In this document: one piece after another, positions 28,598-38,458 of the stretch
Layout of the letters: the number at the start of each line of letters is the position of its first letter
Position numbering within the stretch: the stretch's first letter is position 1
NCBI GenBank assembly: GCA_964016885.1
Contig: OZ024764.1
Coordinates: 16,740,001-16,804,000 of the forward strand
Length of the DNA: 64,000 nucleotides
Direction of reading: 5' to 3'
Source of the DNA: Eledone cirrhosa
Taxonomy: Eukaryota
Notes under the pieces: model-generated
Databases searched by the model: none
The model's input: the letters and a program-made list of their open reading frames with translations, nothing else
What the model was told of the DNA's origin: nothing
Position numbers and translations under genes: made by a program

Positions 28598-31500
28598 ATA
28601 TATGTCTGTATGTGAATGTATAAATGTGCACGTGTTTGTGAGCATATAAGTCTCTGTATATGTGCATGCATATGTGTGTGTATGTGTGTGTGTGAGTATG
28701 TGTAGATGTGTATGGGTTTGAGTGTATGTGTGCATGTGTTTGGGTGTGTGTGTATGTATGTGTTTGAATTTGTGTGTGTATCTGTGGGTGTGTTTCAGAG
28801 TGTATGTGAATGTGTTGGTGTCCGCGCACGTATGTGTAAAACAGACTTACTGCTGCCATCAATGTCCTTAGAGGAGGCCCTGGTAACCTCCGTTGCCATG
28901 GTTTTCTCCGAGTATTTATCCCTGGAAGCTGCCACCACTGGGAACTGGTACTCCACAAAGTAGGAGCTAATAATATTGGAAGATACCAATAACAGAAATA
29001 TATTATATATATACATATATATATAAATATACACACATCATCATTTACATTACTCTATATATACTATTGTATTTTCACAGTAAAGGCTTTACCTCACATA
29101 ACATTTACATTACTCTATATATACTATTGTATTGTCACAGTAAAGGCTTTACCTCACATAATATCTCACATAACATTTACATTACTCTATATATACTATT
29201 GTATTGTCACAGTAAAGTCTTTACCTCACATAATATCTCACATAACATTTACATTACTCTATATATACTATTGTATTGTCACAGTAAAGTCTTTACCTCA
29301 CATAATATCTCACATAACATTTACATTACTCTATATATACTATTGTATTGTCACAGTAAAGGCTTTACCTCACATAATATCTCACATAACATTTACATTA
29401 CTCTATATATACTATTGTATTGTCACAGTAAAGGCTTTACCTCACATAATATTTCACATAACATTTACATTACTCTATATATACTATTGTATTTTCACAG
29501 TAAAGGCTTTATCTCACATAATACCGATTCTGAGATTTTTATAACTGTTTTTTTAAAGAGGCTTTGAGCGAAGTTGATCAAAATAAAAATATACCAGAAA
29601 TCTACAATTTTTTTTGTACAAATAATTACACCTTAAAAGTAGACACACTAGAATTATGTGAAATTGCAAATGACAAGCACTTATGAGTACTTATAAACAA
29701 TGTACAAGTATTCTAAATTTGTTTTTAATCTTTAGTGCGCTCTAGGAGCATTATGTCGCCAATAGAGTAATGAGTAATCTCCCCTTAATACAATGTCAAG
29801 AGAAATAATTCATTAAAAAATTCCGCGTGATGAAGGTTAATACTTTGGTGCGTGACTTATGGCTCACCCTGTATATAGAACAAACAACAGGTTACAAAAC
29901 AAAAACCACACAAAAAAAAAAAAAGGAATAAAGGGACATAACTCACTCTGGCTTCCTTTGTGTGACCTTGTTTCGGTGTGATTTCTTCGTGTTCTTCTCG
30001 GCCTTTCCTTCATCAGACAACAGATAGAGGGCATCAACTGAGACTTTCCCTACCGTCGCTCTACCGAGTAACTTTAACCTCTCAACGCTTAACGAATCTG
30101 GGGATTGGGTTCCACCAACATCTGCAAAAATAACCGACACAGTCTTGGATTATTTCTCTATGTCCGTATTTCCCCACCGAGGGGGGTTTCAAATGCTGTG
30201 ATCTCTCAAATTCAGAGATTCCCTCCTTAAACATTCTAACACAGACATTCAAACTCACATACAGATACATACATACAAACTGAAAGATGCACCCCCCAAA
30301 CACACACACACACATGATATCAATCACACCCAGACACATGGCGACACACACATACACATATACAGGGACACACGCACATACACATATACAGGGACACACG
30401 CACAGACATATACAAAGACACACAGACAGACAGACATATACAGGGACACACAGACAGACAGACATATACAGAGACACACAGACATATACAGGGACACACA
30501 GACAGACAGACATATACAGAGACACACAGACATAGACAGGGACACACAGACAGACAGACATATACAGAGACACACAGACATATACAGGGACACACAGACA
30601 GACAGGCATATACAGGGACACACAGACAGACAGGCATATACAAAGACACACAAACAGACAGACATATACACAGACACACAGACAGACAGACATATACAGG
30701 GACACACAGACAGACAGGCATATACAGGGACACACAGACAGACAGACATACATATACAGGGACAGAGACACACAGACAGACACTGATGATATCAAGATCT
30801 GCCTCACCTTTGTTCTTGCTGTTTGTGTCAGCTGCAGCCATGTCGAAGGAGACTTTGGAAGAATCTGAGTGGTTCGTGCCAACAGAGTCGGTGTCACTGA
30901 GGTCACCTGTAACTGATCTGACCCAGGGTAGGTCGCGACCCCTACTCCTACTTCTGCTCCTACTTCTACTTCGACTTCTACTCGTTTTTTTCCTGCCCCT
31001 ATCTGCCTTAGGAGGGCTTTTTGGCGTGGTCCTCGACGAGGGTTTTTTTGTGAGAGCAGGGCGTGACTTGGATGTCGCAGTCCCTGTTGTTTTCGTTGTC
31101 AAAGGGGCCGTCGATGACGTGGAGGGATTTAATGGGGGTTTCGACTTCATGCCGACCTCAACGGAAGGTTTGTTCTTCGGCACCAGGGCCGCTGGTCTGG
31201 CGTCACGCTGCGCCTCGGCAACAGTGTTCCCCGTGGCACGGACATCTGGAGCCAATGTCGCATCGACATCTGGCAATCTTGTGGCACCAGCATCTGGCAA
31301 TCTTGTGACACCGACATCTGGCAGTCTTGTGGCTCCGACATCTGGCAGTCTTGTGACACCGACATCTGATGCATGCTGGGATATTGGTAACAGAAGAACA
31401 GACAGACAGACAAAAAGAAAATATAAGGAAAAAGACAATCTGATTAGATAAATATACAAATTATTAAAAAAAGACACACACACACATTCACAGACACACT

Positions 31501-32641
31501 CATATATACATTCACACACACACACACCTACATGGACAAAGACACTTTCAGACAGACAGATAACACATAAACACTGGAAGAAGAAGAAAGAAAAAAAAAG
31601 AAGAAAAGAAAGAAAGAAAAAAAAAGAAGAAAGAGTAAAGGAACAAGAAGAAAAAAGAAAGAAAGAAGAAAGAAACAAAGAAGGGGGAGGAGGAGAAGGA
31701 AGAGCTATGACTGACCACTGTATTAGAGTAGAGAAGGTCTTGTAGAAGTTGGTCTTGGTGGAGAGGGTCAGATATATCACTGAATTCCTCCTCATCACTG
31801 GACATGGTGGACAGTGCCTGAAAAATGACAACGGAGAGAAGGGGACAGATTTTTAGTTTACAGCTAATATATATATATACAATGTACCCCCAGCATTTGT
31901 GGTTCTGTAAAAGCTTTACCTCACATAATATCTCACATAACATTTACATTACTCTATATATACTATTATATTTTCACAGTAAAGGCTTTACCTCACATAA
32001 TACCTCACGTAACATTTACATTACTCTATATATACTATTATATTTTCACAGTAAAGGCTTTACCTCACATAATATCTCACATAACATTTACATTACTCTA
32101 TATATACTATTGTATTTTCACAGTAAAGGCTTTACCTCACATAATATCTCACATAACATCTACATTACTCTATATATACTATTGTATTGTCACAGTAAAG
32201 GCTTTACTTCACATAATACCTCACATAACATTTACATTACTCTATATATACTATTGTATTTTCACAGTAAAGGCTTTACCTCACATAATATTGAATCTAT
32301 GAGATTTTGATGCTATTTATTTTGAGAACAATACCTTAATATCAACATGAGTGGCCATTTACGGCCAGTTTGAACAGAAAGGGGTGAGAGAATTCTGGCC
32401 GGATATGGCCAGTTTAAATGCTAAAGGGTTAACACCATTGCTGAGATCCAGAGCGAATTGCAGGCCTTCGACTCACAGAAAACTTCCAGACCAGATTCCA
32501 AAAGTGGCAGGAATGCTGGGGCTGGTGTATTGCTGTGTGAGGTGACTATTTCGAAGGAGATGATGTTAAAACTTAAGTAAATATATTAGTTTTTTTAAAA
32601 ACATAACTAGCCTGGGAACTTTTTGATACCAACTTGTATAA

Positions 32642-32678
<37 letters not shown>

Positions 32679-33151
32679 AACAGACAGACATACAGTGATG
32701 CTGTATAAAGCCCTTACTATGGCATCATGGTCAGGTCCGAGTACCAAATCCATAACCCTCTCATCAGAGTTCTCGGGATCACTGTGAAAGTTGTGTTCAG
32801 CTAAGATCTCCTGCAACAGACTACCACAGGAACTGCTTCTGGAGAGAGAGAGAGAGAGATGAGGTTTGGGGTTAGCAGTGAGGGGTTTAGAGGTAGTTTC
32901 AGTCTATATAGTAATAGGAGAGAGAGAGAGAGAGAGAGAAACAACAGCTAGAGAAAGAAAGAGAGAGAGGGAAATGGGAGAGATGAAGAGAGAGAGAGAG
33001 AGAACAGCTAGAGGCTGAGAGAGAGAGAGAAAAACAAGAGCTAGAGGCTGAGAGAGAGAGAGAGAAAAAGAGAAACAAGAGCTAGAGGCTGAGAGAGAGA
33101 GAGAGAGAGAGAGAGAGGCTGAGAGAGAGAGAGAAACAAGAGCTAGAGGCT

Positions 33152-33182
<31 letters not shown>

Positions 33183-33225
33183 GAGCTAGAGGTTGAGAGA
33201 GAGAGAGAGAGAGAGAAACAAGAGC

Positions 33226-33260
<35 letters not shown>

Positions 33261-33270
33261 GAGCTAGAGG

Positions 33271-33309
<39 letters not shown>

Positions 33310-36300
33310 AGAGAGAGACAGTAAAAGAAACAGAGAAAACTGTGCAGAAATCAGGGAGGAACTGCTACAAAGTAAAGAAACAGGTGAAAACAGGTGAGAC
33401 AGTCTCAACACCTACCTGGAGAGGTTGAAATTGCCATTAGAAGTGTCCCCTTTCTTGCCCCTCTGAGGCTCATGAGCTAAGGAATGGATCATGGTCTTAC
33501 GTAGCTTCTGGCCCTTCTCCAGGAGGATGGAAATCACATCAGGGTAACCAGACTGGACAGCATGAGGGTCTTCCAACATGGACAACACTTTTATAGAAAT
33601 GGAAACAAAACTGTAATTTATAGCTTTCACACCTTTGTAGGTTCAGCTGGCCCCTATGTAGGTTTAGCTGGCCCCTATGTAGGTTCAGCTGGCCCATATG
33701 TAGGTTCAGCTGGCCCATATGTAGGTTTAGCTGGCCCATATGTAGGTTCAGCTGGCCCATATGTAGGTTTAGCTGGCCCCTATGTAGGTTCAGCTGGCCC
33801 CTATGTAGGTTTAGCTGGCCCCTATGTAGGTTTAGCTGGCCCCTATGTAGGTTTAGCTGGCCCCTTTGTAGGTTCAGCTGGCCCCTATATACGTTCAGCT
33901 GGCCCCTATGTATCTCATAGGAAGTTTCTTGGGTGTTTTAATGTTAGAGACCTCAGTCCTATGATAGTGTAGATACAGCTCACACCTATGTAAGTTTAGC
34001 TGGCCCTCTACGAGGTAGCATCATAAGTTTCTCAAGTGTTTTAATGATAGGGACCTCAGTCCTATATATATGAAGTTGAGTACCACAGCTGCAAAAACTA
34101 ATCATTAGACATATTACCCTAAACCCATGCTAGCGTGGAAGATAGGCGTTAAACGATGATGATGATATTACTGTGTAGTAACTAGGGCGGTGGATTGGCA
34201 GTATCGGTAGAGGGTCGGACGCCATGCTTTCCAGCATAGTTACGTCCCTTTATGATCTGAGTTCAAATCCCGCCGAGGTTAACTTTGCCTTTCATCCTTA
34301 CGGGGTCGATAAAATAAAGTACCAGTAATGCACTGGGATAATTGCTGGCCTTGTGTTAAAAGTAGAAACAATTACTGTGTAGTAACTATAGTTACCTGGC
34401 TGTTGAGTGAGGTGAGGTGAGGAACTTGTTTTAGATTTCAAGGAGGGGAAGTTCTGAGTGTGTATGACATCACCAGCAGTGGTGATGGAGACAGTGGTCC
34501 CTGGCTCCTGGCGTCTTGAGGATCCTGGTTCAATATTAAGGCTGCCTGTCACTTCAGACGTTGTCAGAGGGAAGTTGCACTGGTTGCCGAACGTAGCAAA
34601 ACTCTGAAGATATATATATGGTGGTGATGATGATGGCAGTGAAGACAACAACAACCACACCAACCATGACCACCACAACCACAACAACTACAATCACAAC
34701 CATAACAACAACCACGACAACAACAACAATGAAAGGTTAGTTTAACTGCAGCTACGGTCAAAGAAACATCAGGAGGGGTTCTGCTGTAGAACAAAACCAA
34801 ACAAAGAGCTGCCCTCAAGTCTTGAATACTCGTTCCCTCAACTATTAATTTTTCAGACCATGTCTGGCTCATACAGAACTGATTTTGGCTTGGTTTCTAC
34901 AAGCTAGGTGCCCTTCCTAGTGCAAACCTCATTTACAGAGAGTACTGGGTGCTTTTTGCTGTGACACCTACATGACCACTTTACAGTGTGGACTGGGTAC
35001 TTTTTGTTGTGACACCTACATGACCACTTTACAGTGTGGACTGGGTGCTTTTTGCTGTGACACCTACATGACCACTTTACAGTGTGGACTGGGTGCTTTT
35101 TGCTGTGACACCTACATGACCACTTTACAGTGTGGACTGGGTGCTTTTTGTCGTGACACCTACATGACCACTTTACAGTGTGGACTGGGTACTTTTTGTT
35201 GTGACACCTACATGACCACTTTACAGTGTGGACTGGGTACTTTTTGTCGTGACACCTACATGACCACTTTACAGTGTGGACTGGGTGTTGTTTGTTATGA
35301 CACCTACATGACCACTTTACAGTGTGGACTGGGTGCTTTTTGTCGTGACACCTACATGACCACTTTACAGTGTGGACTGGGTACTTTTTGCTGTGACCCC
35401 TACATGACCACTTTACAGTGTGGACTGGGTACTTTTTGTCATGACACCTACATGACTGGGTTCTTCACCGGATGTATTATATTATATTACAAAAAAGAGA
35501 ACATTACAAGAAATCCCATATTTACAAATGTACACTACACAACCTCACTTATTGCTTTGGGGCCTGAGATGACGTCCAATGTGAAGTGAACTCCTTAACA
35601 ACATGACAACGGGAAAGGAAACAGCAAAGAGTGTAGCTTACCTCAGTTTCAGATGACCCCAACAGATGGGATGGAGGATATGTGATGTTGGTGAGACGGA
35701 GGGGTCCAGGGGCTTGTGGGTCAACAATATCAGGGGTCGGTACAAACCCAGTGCTGTCATAAGATTCTGAAAAATAAAACCATCTATTATTGATTATCTA
35801 TTAAGATATATTGAACATCTGTCAAGTTGTATTGATTAATCAAGGTGTATTGAGTATCTCTGAAGTTTATTTATCTTTAATTTCATCAATATATATTATA
35901 TATATGAAGGCGCATGGCTTAGTGGTTAAAGCATTAGGCTTGCAATCGAAAGGTTGTGAGTTCCATTCTCGGACCGAGTGATGTGTTGTTTCCTTGAGCA
36001 AGACACTTTATTTCACGTTGCTCCAGTTTACTCAGCTGTAGAAATGAGTACCGGCCTGCCCGCCCAGCCAGTGGGATGGTGTTATCTTATGGCTAAAACG
36101 CCCGTCAGACTGGTCGGTCAAGGTGATCAAGGTGATATTATATATTTTCTATTTTACTATATTTATATAGTTCACTTCTCAGACCAGGTGATGTGTTGTG
36201 TCCTTGAGCAAGACACTTTATTTCACATTGCTCCAGTTTACTCAGCTGTAGAAATGAGATGATAGGGACTGGGGTCCCTATCATTCCACTGCAAAGTGGT

Positions 36301-37551
36301 CATGGAGGTGCCATGGCAAAAAAGCACCCAGCACTCACTGTAAATGAGGTTGGTGTTAGGAAGGGCATCCAGCTGTAGAAATCAAGCCAGGATCAGTTCC
36401 CGTCCCACCCTTGCAAGCAGGGAAAAGCGGACGTAAAAATGATGCTGATGATGATGATATATATGTATCATTTGATATTTAATATACTATTATATCATCC
36501 CTCACATCCACTACCACCCCCTGGACCTTCTCAATGCCCCTGGGGGGCAGTAGCACCCACTTTGGGAACATCTGGTGTAGATCATCAACATAGACACAAG
36601 TTAGCATGAGTAGTGTGTTGTTTGTGAATGTGCTGGCCAGGCATGAAGACCACTACTTACCCATCAGGGGCTGCAGTTCAATAGAAACGTGGAGCTCAGC
36701 TATTTTTTGGTCCTTCATCGATAAAACTGGATATATGCTGTAAAAGAAAAAAGAAATTAACATCAAGAATAATAATTGTTTCTACTTTTGGCACAAGACC
36801 AGCAATTACCCCAGTGTATTACTGGTACTTTATTTTATTGACCCTATAATAATTATTTCTACTTTTGGCACAAGGCCAGCAATTACCCCAGTGTATTACT
36901 GGTACTTTAGTTTATCGACCCCCGTAAGGATGAAAGGCAAAGTTAACCTCAGCGGGATTTGAACTCAGAATGGCAAGGGCCGCAACTCTATGCGTCAAAG
37001 CATGGCGTCCGACCCTCTACCGATTACTGCCAATCCACTGCCCTATAATAATGATTTCTTATATAGGCACAAGGCCAGCAATTACCCCAGTGCATTACTG
37101 GTACTTTATCTTATTGACCCTATAATAATTGTTTCTACTTCTTGGCACAAGGCCAGCAATTACCCCAGTGTATTACTGGTACTTTATTTTATTGACCCTA
37201 TAATAATTGTGTCTACTTTAGGCACAAGGCCAGCAATTACCCCAGTGCATTACTGGTACTTTGACGCTAAACTCCGCCAGTTGCAGACTGCACACCAACA
37301 TGAGATATTTCAAAGCATTGCGTCTGACGCTCTACCGATTACTGCCAAGGTGGCTAGAATATAACAATATTTACCTATGGAGAATGTTAGAGAGAGTTAA
37401 CGAGGTGATGTTGGTCACCTCACAATAGCCAACTACTTCACAATTATCTTCATCCACAATGTCCAGCAACAGAAGATTCATATCTGGAGAGGAGAGAGAG
37501 AGAGAGGGAGAGTGAGATATATATAGATATATAGAGAGGGGGGAGAGTGAG

Positions 37552-37583
<32 letters not shown>

Positions 37584-38418
37584 GGGGGAGAGTGAGATAT
37601 ATATAGAGAGAGAGGAGGAGAGTGAGATATATATATATAGAGAGAGAGAGAGGGAGAGGGAGATATATACATAGAGAGGGGGAGGGAGAGTGAGATATAT
37701 ATATATATAGAGAGAGAGGTGGAGAGTGAGATATATATAGATATATAGAGAGGGGGGAGAGTGATATATATATATATAGAGAGAGAGAGAGGGGGAGTGA
37801 GACATATATATATAGAGAGAGAGGGGGAGTGAGATATATATATATAGAGAGAGAGAGGGGGAGAGTGAGATATATATATATAGAGAGAGTGAGATATATA
37901 TATATATATAGAGAGAGAGGGAGAGGGAGATATATACATAGAGAGGGGGCGGGAGAGTGAGAGATATATATATAGAGAGAGTGAGATTAGCTCTGTCATG
38001 TGTAGGACCCATGTGAGGACTTGGTAGAGTAAGATGTAGGCCAACCCATTTGAGGGGTCATTAACTCCATTTGAGTCATGTAATACATTACCTCATTCAG
38101 CTGAGCCCTTCATGTCTCGTTGCTCCTGTTCACTCAACTGACATGTGGAAGACCCATCCAACCCATGCTAGCTGGGAAGACGGAGATAACAACAACAATA
38201 TCAGAAAAAGGGCATGCAATTACCGTTAAGATATGACGCAAACTGTTTCGGTCCTGATCGTATCGGGTACCTCGCTGTGGTCTTCAGCCTGGTCTTGACA
38301 GGACTGGAATCATCAAAAGGCCTGAAAAATAAAACAATACTGGGTAAGTTTCCACTCATTATAGTCAATATTTATGTGAACTGTGAACATATATATATAT
38401 ATATGTGTGTGTGTGCAT

Positions 38419-38458
<40 letters not shown>

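Noticed and set aside
33562-33972. (GSAGPYV)n ORF resembling a structural protein
   Set aside because: 21-bp intronic minisatellite on the strand opposite C2CD3.
34972-35589. Cys-rich repeat ORF ([16 protein letters not shown])n
   Set aside because: 48-bp SINE-derived tandem repeat whose length is divisible by three.
35905-35978. tRNA-like sequences (also 28195, 38865, 56815)
   Set aside because: SINE heads continuing into SINE bodies; no complete cloverleaf.
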